Virus record (IMG/VR): IMGVR_UViG_3300044612_003086
Span: 62,001 to 126,000 of that record
Length of the DNA stretch: 64,000 nt
Direction: 5' to 3' (one strand)
Origin: an uncultured virus (IMG/VR IMGVR_UViG_3300044612_003086)
Taxonomy: Duplodnaviria > Heunggongvirae > Uroviricota > Caudoviricetes
Position numbers and translations under genes: made by a program. The notes beneath the pieces are model-generated. The model was not told the DNA's origin. It was given only the letters and a program-made list of their open reading frames with translations, and searched no databases. Of the stretch, positions 56,567-64,000 are shown one piece after another (within the stretch, counting starts at the first letter, position 1; the number at the start of each line of letters is the position of its first letter).

Positions 56567-57474
56567 TAAAAACCGTCCGAAACCAGAGACATGGCATAGA
56601 AGTGTTTATCTGGCCCACAATTTTGTATGTATTCTCTAAAGTCTTTGCGCAAGTTGGGTAGGTAAACGTTTGTAGAAACCTTTGCAATTTCTGGTTCCTT
56701 AACAGGGTCTGCGATGTGCTCGTGATATTCGCTATTTGGGCTTCCGTGTGAATACCAACCCAAATATGAATATCTCTCCCCCCTGGAAACTGGAAGCACT
56801 TCATGTGATGCTATGTAATTTGATGGGAACATTAGTATGTCCCCCTTTCGTGGTTTGTAATTTATATTTAGTTCGTTAAAGAAATGGTGTCCTCCAGCAA
56901 ATGAATTTACAGCATCATCGCCAGATTCATCGCAATCGTTAATGTAGACAATGCAGGATAGTGTATTTCTTGTTGCTAGCTGGTCGGATGGGTGTTCGTA
57001 TCCATAGACGTAGTCGGCGCTTGTGTCTGAATGGACGCCAAGGTATTGGCGATTACCCACAACTCCAGATGGTGGAGATGAATACCTAACGATATGCCCC
57101 TTAACCTTCCACCAAATATTTTTGTAAGAAAGGGGATATCTGAGCATGTATTTGAGCAAATACCTATCTTTCGAGTCCTCCCAAAACTCAAGCATTTCCC
57201 TAAACTTATCTGAACATTGCTGATGGGCGGACGAACACCTACTTGGCATCGATGCAAATGTGTCGTAATCAAAAATGTAGCCGCTCATATTTACTAGCGC
57301 TTTTTCGCCAGTTTCGGGATGAATTGTTTCGGTGTACATAGCGGAGGCGTCTCTGTCGACAAGCTCCCTACAGGAATTAATAGCAAATTCCCAGTCAAAG
57401 TCGATAGCCGACGGAAACAGACAAACACCAGCACCAAGTTCCATCATTTCTACGTCATTAAACTTATTAACCAT
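56566..57474 (-). CDS. 2OG-Fe(II) oxygenase, P4H-like
   Basis: HSD...FPSNY...HEV.PV..GERY; start revised to MVNKF (57474; alternative 57480) with GGAG upstream. Confidence 0.85.
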   Translation of the reverse strand: MVNKFNDVEMMELGAGVCLFPSAIDFDWEFAINSCRELVDRDASAMYTETIHPETGEKALVNMSGYIFDYDTFASMPSRCSSAHQQCSDKFREMLEFWEDSKDRYLLKYMLRYPLSYKNIWWKVKGHIVRYSSPPSGVVGNRQYLGVHSDTSADYVYGYEHPSDQLATRNTLSCIVYINDCDESGDDAVNSFAGGHHFFNELNINYKPRKGDILMFPSNYIASHEVLPVSRGERYSYLGWYSHGSPNSEYHEHIADPVKEPEIAKVSTNVYLPNLRKDFREYIQNCGPDKHFYAMSLVSDGF

Positions 57475-58300
57475 GGTCATTGCTCCGAGACCTGTGCGCT
57501 GCTGCTCTTGCTGGTGGCATTCCGGAATACTTGCCGTTGATGTATTCATCATAGTCTTCAGTGATTGAGCTCAACCAAACTTGTCCACCTGTGTCTGAAA
57601 TCTCCAACTGTGGGTTTATCCCTTTTTCTTGAGATTCTGAGCCCTGGGCAAACCAGGCAAGGTACGTGAGTCTTTCTCCACTTGTGATAGTGGATATCTC
57701 ATGGGCGGCTACGTAATTAGCCGGAAACAAAAGTATGTTTCCTTTTTGCGGTTTGATTGCAACGTCTGCATACGGAAATAACATTTCACCGCCACAAAAC
57801 GCTCCTGGCGCTGGGGTTTCCGACCAGTCGTTAATGAAAACTATTGCACTCAGAACGTTTCTAGTTGCGTGTTCCTTGCTGGGCATTTTTCCATATCTGT
57901 AGTTCACATCATTATCCGAATGAAGCCCCAGTGAACCACCGGTTGAATAAGAGAGGATATGTCCAGAAGTTCTCCACCACAGGCAGCTAAGGATTGCTGG
58001 AAACATTTCAATGTACTGCAAAAGACAGGAATATATCGCTGGCTCAAATTCGTTGTATATTTCGCTACCCAACCCTTGTAGTCTGAGTGGAGCTTTTGCC
58101 ATGTCCTGCAGGCTATAAATAAAACCGCCCTGATTTAGCGCGTGGATTGGATTTCCGTTTTCATCTAGGACAACGGTAAAATTTTCTTCTATTGCCTTTT
58201 GCTTCAACTTCTCTATCTTGTCTGAAAATTTACTGAATTCGATGTTCGCAGCGGCCACAAACTCGATTATTCCATGACCATGATTTATCACGGAGCTCAT
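57467..58300 (-). CDS. 2OG-Fe(II) oxygenase, P4H-like
   Basis: HSDND...GGEM.F...FPANY..AHEI..ITSGER. Confidence 0.87.
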   Translation of the reverse strand: MSSVINHGHGIIEFVAAANIEFSKFSDKIEKLKQKAIEENFTVVLDENGNPIHALNQGGFIYSLQDMAKAPLRLQGLGSEIYNEFEPAIYSCLLQYIEMFPAILSCLWWRTSGHILSYSTGGSLGLHSDNDVNYRYGKMPSKEHATRNVLSAIVFINDWSETPAPGAFCGGEMLFPYADVAIKPQKGNILLFPANYVAAHEISTITSGERLTYLAWFAQGSESQEKGINPQLEISDTGGQVWLSSITEDYDEYINGKYSGMPPARAAAHRSRSNDHG

Positions 58301-58911
58301 AGCAGGGACCTTATGGCTTGTTTTATTGAATTATCCTCCCCGAATAAAGCCTGCTCCGATATCGGTGATTCCGCCCAATTAAATCGACCAACATAAACGC
58401 CTTCTCGTGATGTTAAGAATTTTTCCCAATTGTTCGGAACCCTCATTGCAACTTCCCCCGCTCTATTTCTTCCAGCAGCCGCAGCGGCACTCAAGTCGGC
58501 CATGCTGTCGTTAAAATTTCTTATTAGCTCTCCATTTAGGAATGAGTAAACGTCATGCCTATTTTGCCCGTTAACGTCTATTTTTTCTGCTATCGGAAAT
58601 GTAACGTAGGGATAATTTTTTTTTATATTTTCAAAAATTTCCAAATTGTCGCCATTCTCCATGTTCCCAAATTGGTTGCATGGGTAACCGACGACGCTAA
58701 AACCGCTATCACAAAATTCTTCATGAAGTTTTTGCAATTCCCAAAAATTTTTAGCTGTTCTTGCATAAGACCATAGACGACTGCACTTTGGCGAGTATCC
58801 GGTCTTTGATACAACGTTTACATGGAGGAGCACTTTACCCCTTAACTGTCCAAGCAAATTTGGACAGCCATCCAAAGAGCTTATTTCTATATCAAAAATC
58901 GATTTACTCAT
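58297..58911 (-). CDS. Glutathione peroxidase-family protein (variant active site)
   Basis: GKVLL.VNV.S..G, GF.VVGYPCNQFG..E, FPI.EKIDVNG, N.EKFL; start revised to MSKSIF (58911). Confidence 0.85.
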   Translation of the reverse strand: MSKSIFDIEISSLDGCPNLLGQLRGKVLLHVNVVSKTGYSPKCSRLWSYARTAKNFWELQKLHEEFCDSGFSVVGYPCNQFGNMENGDNLEIFENIKKNYPYVTFPIAEKIDVNGQNRHDVYSFLNGELIRNFNDSMADLSAAAAAGRNRAGEVAMRVPNNWEKFLTSREGVYVGRFNWAESPISEQALFGEDNSIKQAIRSLL

Positions 58912-59203
58912 CCTCTGACACCGTACATGAGATTTTGGTATTAAGAAATTCACCTATTCTTAGAAAACCGCTTCCAGATTCCGTATCAATATCGATTTGT
59001 ACCGTCGTAATAATTGGTGCCTCTAGTTCAAATCTGCTACTTATACTCTTTCCGTTATTGCCGATGACCACATTTTCTCCAGGCACCACGTGGGTTCCCC
59101 TGCTATGGTTGATTGCAATTGAGCCATCTTCGGAAAGAGTTAATCTGCAAACTTCTTCCCCAAATGGTGTATCAACGGAGATATCCCAAGACCCCAAAAT
59201 CAT
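58904..59203 (-). CDS. Hypothetical beta-rich protein
   Basis: 99-aa ORF, G.W.I.V.TPFG motif; overlaps the Gpx start. Confidence 0.7.
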   Translation of the reverse strand: MILGSWDISVDTPFGEEVCRLTLSEDGSIAINHSRGTHVVPGENVVIGNNGKSISSRFELEAPIITTVQIDIDTESGSGFLRIGEFLNTKISCTVSEDE

Positions 59204-59210
59204 GGCATCG

Positions 59211-59819
59211 TTACTGTGAATTGCGGCCTCTTGCCCAAGGACTCATGTCCGGGTATACCGTTGTATTTGGAATTCTTGGGTGGAGGTTAAAGCTTACGCA
59301 AACTCTAGGTTTGTCTTCATTGTGTCTTTCTGTCTGATGGGGAACAAATGAGTTGAAAAATACAATCTTCCCTGTTTCTGGTTCTATTTTTGTAACCATG
59401 TTGTATGCGTTCATGGCTTCTCCGTAAAGGCAAAGTCGGCATCCTGGACCAACAGCATCGATGTAAATAACACCAGACCAGTACTCGCTTGGAAAAAGAT
59501 GCGCATTCGAACTATGTCTATGGTAAGGAGTTGATTGTCCTTTTTCTAAAATTCCACACCATATGTCTGCAAGGACAACGTCGCCAAGTACTTCGTTGGC
59601 CCTATGCTCAATCATGTCACGCAAACCCTGACACTCTTTTGTGTTTGGCAGAACGTAATCAACCCCACTCTGCACGTCAACAAATTCTTTTGCATCTGGG
59701 AAATCTGGATGTATTCTAGATTCCAAAATTTGAGACGCTATTACCGAATAATCAATTCCTTTAATGAATGATTCATGGGCTCTGATTGGAACTAACCAAA
59801 TCCAGCCATTGTTATTCAT
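59211..59819 (-). CDS. Putative 2OG-Fe(II) oxygenase (TIGR02466-like)
   Basis: W.....GQ..YHRH...SGVIY...P..G..VFF.S...H......R.CVSFN; start at MNNNG after an AGGAG RBS. Confidence 0.8.
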   Translation of the reverse strand: MNNNGWIWLVPIRAHESFIKGIDYSVIASQILESRIHPDFPDAKEFVDVQSGVDYVLPNTKECQGLRDMIEHRANEVLGDVVLADIWCGILEKGQSTPYHRHSSNAHLFPSEYWSGVIYIDAVGPGCRLCLYGEAMNAYNMVTKIEPETGKIVFFNSFVPHQTERHNEDKPRVCVSFNLHPRIPNTTVYPDMSPWARGRNSQ

Positions 59820-60483
59820 GCGCAAAATCTCCTGTTGCTAGCCCCATTGGGGGAACATCTTTTGTCCATACATTAATGACCATTACTTGCCTTAGTCTAG
59901 ACCCTGCTGGTGTCGTGTTATGTACCACATGGCCGGAATCAAATACTACGAGCCTGTTCCCCTTGTACCTAATCCTCTCTCTTTCATTTGGTGGAGAAGA
60001 CGCGTATGCGGCAAGTACAGATGGCTCCAAGGCCAACGTTGAGCCATCCTCCAACCTTGAGTTGTGGATTTCGAGAAAGCCACCGTCATCATTATCGCAT
60101 CCATACCAAACACAGCCAATCCGCGGTCCGTAAAACGTACCTGTCAACAGATATGCAAATGTATCCTCATCTACATGCTCCCCTATGAACTGACCTGGTT
60201 CGAATGTCCTGGTCCAGTATTCGAAACCAATGACCTCTTCAATCGGAAAAGGTAATCTCTTTTTCCAGATTTCTTTTATAACTAAATGCTTGAGGCTTCT
60301 TGGTTGGCTTTTCCCCCATCCATCCCAAAACATATAGGACGATAGCTCCTTGGAATCCCCGTGATACGAGTTGAGACTTGTCGCTATTTGTTGACCATCT
60401 TCATATTTCGACGCGAAAAAAGTTTCATCGCGCAAGACTTGTTCGTACAATTCTGCCGGAACGCAGTTATCTTCAACGAACAT
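59812..60483 (-). CDS. 2OG-Fe(II) oxygenase
   Basis: EYW...HVDED...GG.L...NRLVVFD...H......R....INVW. Confidence 0.82.
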   Translation of the reverse strand: MFVEDNCVPAELYEQVLRDETFFASKYEDGQQIATSLNSYHGDSKELSSYMFWDGWGKSQPRSLKHLVIKEIWKKRLPFPIEEVIGFEYWTRTFEPGQFIGEHVDEDTFAYLLTGTFYGPRIGCVWYGCDNDDGGFLEIHNSRLEDGSTLALEPSVLAAYASSPPNERERIRYKGNRLVVFDSGHVVHNTTPAGSRLRQVMVINVWTKDVPPMGLATGDFAHE

Positions 60484-60486
60484 AAT

Positions 60487-61203
60487 TTATAAAAACTTTT
60501 CATTCGGAAATTTACTTCTGAGGTAAGCAAGGTCAAAGTCGAACATCAAAACAAGACGTCTTGATGTACCATCATGTCTTACCGAGTGCTCAAACGGCGG
60601 GCCATCCTTGAAAGCAAGAATCTTGCCTTCTTCCCAACTTTTTGTTTCGTCGCCTACGGTTATTCTACAGTCCTTATCGTTTATTAGGCACAGGTGACTT
60701 CTCATTAGTTGGTCAGAACCAAAATGCGGATTTACTACCGCCCCAGGATGCATTATGCTGAACATTCCGCCAGAACATTGGTTGCTGTCAGCGAACTCAG
60801 CAACTATCGAGTTAAACGTTTTGAATTGTTTCCTAACGTGCTCTAGGTGTGTTTCTAGATTGGCTTTTGTTTTCCACCTCAGTATTTTTTTTACCATTTC
60901 CGTATTTGCCCACTGCTTGGGGTCACTTGCTGGTGGAGTTCCGGCAACCGCTACGTCCCAGGAGCCTGTATAAAGCTTTCGCCTATCCCCTTCCGGCAAG
61001 TCTGATTGTGGATTTTCGTACCTTGCGTGAGAGAGGGTAACATTTGGGGCAGGCAGAGAAACCTTGTTATCGGAGTATGGGTGTTGAGTGTTTTCGTAAA
61101 CGATGTACTCGTCACGTATCTTTTCCCAGTTTTTCTCAATCTGCACACACACGGGCAAGGACCTGATTAATTCATCCCAGAACCTTGGCTGCAAGTCACT
61201 CAT
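60487..61203 (-). CDS. Aspartyl/asparaginyl beta-hydroxylase-family dioxygenase
   Basis: FS.MHPG..V.PH.G....R.HL.L...I.VG.E...WEEGK..F.D...EH.V......RLVL..D. Confidence 0.88.
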   Translation of the reverse strand: MSDLQPRFWDELIRSLPVCVQIEKNWEKIRDEYIVYENTQHPYSDNKVSLPAPNVTLSHARYENPQSDLPEGDRRKLYTGSWDVAVAGTPPASDPKQWANTEMVKKILRWKTKANLETHLEHVRKQFKTFNSIVAEFADSNQCSGGMFSIMHPGAVVNPHFGSDQLMRSHLCLINDKDCRITVGDETKSWEEGKILAFKDGPPFEHSVRHDGTSRRLVLMFDFDLAYLRSKFPNEKFL

Positions 61204-61239
61204 TTTTTGATACTAACACGTTTCACGTGCTTAAAGATT

Positions 61240-61965
61240 TTAATTTTTAATGAAAACCGTTTGTCCGTATCCGTTGGCCAGGTGGTATGTGTGCCCGTCG
61301 CTGTTTTTAAGAATTTCATGCATGCTTGAATATGGGTGAATATGAAAGTCTTCCCTGTAAAGCTTCGTATTGTGATTGGACATGCCAATCAGTAGAACAC
61401 CACCAGGATTCAGTGATTCAACCAAATCTTTAACAAGTTTGTCATTGCCCACAAGAGACCAACCCCAGCAAATGGCCATGTCAAATGTGTTTTCAGATAT
61501 TTCATTTGGCTCGACGACGCAGTATTCGTTAAGCTCATTGATGCCCGGGCCAGGTAATTCTAGTTCCCCGGCAATATGCTCCAAAAAGAACAATGAGTGA
61601 TTATTCACAAAACACAAGTCTGTGTCTGGAAATTTTGCTTTATACATACTCCAAAGTAGTATTTCTGCATCGACGAATAACAAGGAATTTGGCTTCTTTG
61701 TCATTAGAACTTGTTCTTGAGCGATGTATTCAGCTTCGATTATCGCTGCCCATTCTGGTTCCATTCCCTTAATGAGTTCATAAATCCAGTATGTGTTCAG
61801 TCCTGCTACAGCAACATTTCTCTTGTCAAGATTGATTGATGAAAGCCAGCTTGATACCGCGCTTCCTGCATCGCTCATCAACTGAGCAAAATCAATATTG
61901 TTGCTAAATTGGGTCTTTGATGACTGCTGCGTCACCAGAGCGCTCCTAATTGCAAAATTATCCAT
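61240..61965 (-). CDS. Methyltransferase-like protein (class I fold, motif I degenerate)
   Basis: FDMAI...LVESLNPGGVLLI; no clear GxGxG. Confidence 0.45.
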   Translation of the reverse strand: MDNFAIRSALVTQQSSKTQFSNNIDFAQLMSDAGSAVSSWLSSINLDKRNVAVAGLNTYWIYELIKGMEPEWAAIIEAEYIAQEQVLMTKKPNSLLFVDAEILLWSMYKAKFPDTDLCFVNNHSLFFLEHIAGELELPGPGINELNEYCVVEPNEISENTFDMAICWGWSLVGNDKLVKDLVESLNPGGVLLIGMSNHNTKLYREDFHIHPYSSMHEILKNSDGHTYHLANGYGQTVFIKN

Positions 61966-62266
61966 TTTGGATTACCGCCAATACAACTTGTCTCTGGAAC
62001 CAGAGATGCCTTGCCCTATTTGTTAGTAGAAAATTTCTTTTACGCGTTAAGTCGTAGTATGGTTTTCCCTGTTGGTTAAATGTCGAACTGCTCATGTGAA
62101 ATGACTGTCTCAGACTAAAAAAAATGTCGTCGAACTCGACTTCGGATATTTGATTGAACTCCATACCGGCTATGTACATTATCTTTGCGAGTTCGCGCTC
62201 TATTTCCTGCAAGTGCGAAGCAGCATCGAAGAGAGGCTCTTCACCGTGTTGTCTAGTCTGTTTCAT
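61958..62266 (-). CDS. Hypothetical protein
   Basis: 102-aa ORF overlapping neighbours. Confidence 0.7.
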   Translation of the reverse strand: MKQTRQHGEEPLFDAASHLQEIERELAKIMYIAGMEFNQISEVEFDDIFFSLRQSFHMSSSTFNQQGKPYYDLTRKRNFLLTNRARHLWFQRQVVLAVIQNG

Positions 62267-62561
62267 CTGTAAATTCCTCGGTCCAGTCGTCGTTTATATC
62301 AATCGGGTCTTGTCCAAATTGGGACATTGGGTCATTCCCCTGTAGGCGCTCACAAAATAATGCAGCGCCGTCCGGAAGAACGAAAGAAAAAGTTTTTGGG
62401 TTCCAGTGCAAAACATTTTCTGTTCTATCTGGATTGTCCATTGGGTTGGTTATGTCTGGTTCTGATTTTGACTGCTCAGGACAGATGTTGTATTGCCCTG
62501 TAGCGATGGCAGCGTCCACCAGCGGAACATTCCTTTTGATTGGCGGTAAATTCAGCTCCAC
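62253..62561 (-). CDS. Hypothetical protein
   Basis: 102-aa ORF in operon. Confidence 0.65.
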   Translation of the reverse strand: MELNLPPIKRNVPLVDAAIATGQYNICPEQSKSEPDITNPMDNPDRTENVLHWNPKTFSFVLPDGAALFCERLQGNDPMSQFGQDPIDINDDWTEEFTDETD

Positions 62562-62571
62562 AATGAAACCA

Positions 62572-62787
62572 CTACGAGAGTCGCTGCAGAGACTCTATTT
62601 GTCTAATCAGATTGTTGAAAGACTTGTATCTTGTTGCGTCTGATTCTGGAGTCTCTGGGTTTTCAAAATTCTCATCAAGTGTTTCTGGATTGACGCCAAG
62701 AGAAAGGGCAAGTACGTATATCGAGTATTCAAGATATTGCTTTGCTTCTTGTCGTGCTTGTTGTTTTTGTTCATCCGAAAGCGCCAT
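62572..62787 (-). CDS. Small helical hypothetical protein
   Basis: 71-aa ORF, AGGAG RBS. Confidence 0.75.
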   Translation of the reverse strand: MALSDEQKQQARQEAKQYLEYSIYVLALSLGVNPETLDENFENPETPESDATRYKSFNNLIRQIESLQRLS

Positions 62788-62799
62788 GTTGATTTTCTC

Positions 62800-63045
62800 C
62801 TATTTAAGTGTGTCCATTGTCAGATTCGATGCTTGTCTAAAGTGGCCGACTTGGCGCAATAACTTTTCTTTGCGAGTTGGTCTATCAGAATCACGAACAT
62901 TAAGGTTTTCCATAACTTCATCTTCGGATATCTCAAGAGGGTCTATGGCGCTCAGAAGCAATGTATGAATCTGGGCGTTAATCAGCTGCTGATGCAGTCT
63001 AAACCCAGCAGCAATCTTTGCCTGTTTGCTAATCCCAAATTGCAT
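62800..63045 (-). CDS. Small helical hypothetical protein
   Basis: 81-aa ORF in operon. Confidence 0.7.
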   Translation of the reverse strand: MQFGISKQAKIAAGFRLHQQLINAQIHTLLLSAIDPLEISEDEVMENLNVRDSDRPTRKEKLLRQVGHFRQASNLTMDTLK

Positions 63046-63051
63046 TTTTGC

Positions 63052-63276
63052 CTACGAGTTAAGTTCATTCAGCTTGCGCTTAATCAGTTTTACTGCATTT
63101 ATTGACTCATTGAGGATTGGGACCTCGAAATTGTGCTCAGCCTCAAGAATAAATGTGTCTGGGTCTATTCCGTGCCCAATCAGTCTTTCAAACAACACCT
63201 TTTCGGCGTCCCTAAGGCTGCGCTCAAATATCCCGCGCTTCTCGTTATTTGTCAATTGAGACGAAAATTCCATCAC
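63052..63276 (-). CDS. Small helical hypothetical protein
   Basis: 74-aa ORF, GGAG upstream. Confidence 0.7.
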   Translation of the reverse strand: MMEFSSQLTNNEKRGIFERSLRDAEKVLFERLIGHGIDPDTFILEAEHNFEVPILNESINAVKLIKRKLNELNS

Positions 63277-63316
63277 CTATCTCCGATTGTGTTGTTTGCT
63301 TTGAATCATACCACCA

Positions 63317-64000
63317 TTATACTATGGGCTCCGAAAGTGCTGGCAGCCCAGCAAATGTTGGGCCTATTTGATTTCCGTCCGCGTCAAGACCTGTCTTAAT
63401 GCCCTTTGTCCAAGTCCATGGGCGTTCGATATTGTTCTGCGACTTGAGTTGACCATATTTTGACCTTGCCTCCACCAGCTCCTTATCGTCCCATAGTGTC
63501 ACTACCTCGAATTCTGCGTCTTTAATGATTTGAGGCGAGTAGATGTTAAAAAAACACAAAGGCGAACCGGCTGGGAAAACTACTTCCTGATTTTCTTTTG
63601 TTATCTTCCAGTTCATTTGAACTTCGTCAGGCCACCACCACGAAGGAATCGTTGCTGACAGCCCGACAGCGCCGTCTATAAAGTAATTTGGAGAGCCCGA
63701 AATCCAAGTCTCATACCCTGGCTCGGTGTTTATAATCCATCCCATGTGTAGGGAAATGGTTCCTATTATTGATGATGTGGCTTGCTTTCTGCCGCTTTTA
63801 GTAAATTCGCCTGCAAGTATTTCGGGGGGAGTGTTTCCGCCGGACCATTTAATTACAAGGTCCTCCTCCATCTGCACTTCCCATCCCATTACATTCGCCA
63901 CGGAGACTGGCATGCATTGATAAGCGTGTTTTTTATGTGTCTCGTCCATCCAGTCTCTCTTTAATCTTGACTGAACTATCCGAGGTGGATTTGGGTCTGT
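63317..64000 (-). CDS. DUF6065-like protein, 5'-partial
   Basis: R.WMD.T...AY.C.P...AN..GWE...MNW......V.F..G.P.C; frame is open to the right edge (TDPNPPRIVQSRLKRDWMD...). Confidence 0.72.
   Translation of the reverse strand, partial: TDPNPPRIVQSRLKRDWMDETHKKHAYQCMPVSVANVMGWEVQMEEDLVIKWSGGNTPPEILAGEFTKSGRKQATSSIIGTISLHMGWIINTEPGYETWISGSPNYFIDGAVGLSATIPSWWWPDEVQMNWKITKENQEVVFPAGSPLCFFNIYSPQIIKDAEFEVVTLWDDKELVEARSKYGQLKSQNNIERPWTWTKGIKTGLDADGNQIGPTFAGLPALSEPIV

Noticed and set aside
58297..58953. Selenocysteine recoding in the glutathione peroxidase
   Set aside because: No in-frame TGA; the catalytic position is a Thr codon
1..64000. Stop-codon reassignment
   Set aside because: TAA, TAG and TGA all terminate genes, and conserved genes are full length under the standard code

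Overview
This is a 64-kb segment of a large tailed dsDNA phage with a contractile tail (myovirus-like). The host is probably actinobacterial, which is an inference from leaderless-type starts and actinophage-like head domains. From 1 to 24.2 kb (minus strand) lies a head module: portal, then an HK97-type prohead protease fused to a 2954-aa polyvalent protein (HiPIP-like, HTH, ArdC-N + MPTase, UvrD-like helicase), an acidic PepSY-repeat protein, a second 2458-aa polyvalent protein (zincin, ART-like, ParB-like, DUF3626-like) and a pseudokinase-like protein. No major capsid gene is recognisable in the window. From 24.3 to 34.9 kb are terminase, Rad52-like annealase, Cas4/RecB-like nuclease, HNH, two candidate structured ncRNAs, RuvC and a ParB/PAPS-reductase/ParB (IbrAB-like) module. 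From 35 to 53.5 kb are neck, sheath, tube, frameshifting tail chaperone, tape measure, baseplate and fibre genes. From 53.5 to 64 kb is an accessory island of 2OG-Fe(II) oxygenases, Asp/Asn hydroxylase, a variant glutathione peroxidase, a methyltransferase-like protein and small paralogues. The main observation is that the two giant head-module proteins carry 11 copies of a protein-level [LFM]SSG motif that brackets their enzymatic domains. This suggests a virion-packaged polyprotein system processed into separate effectors. All family assignments are from motif recognition by eye; no database searches were run.
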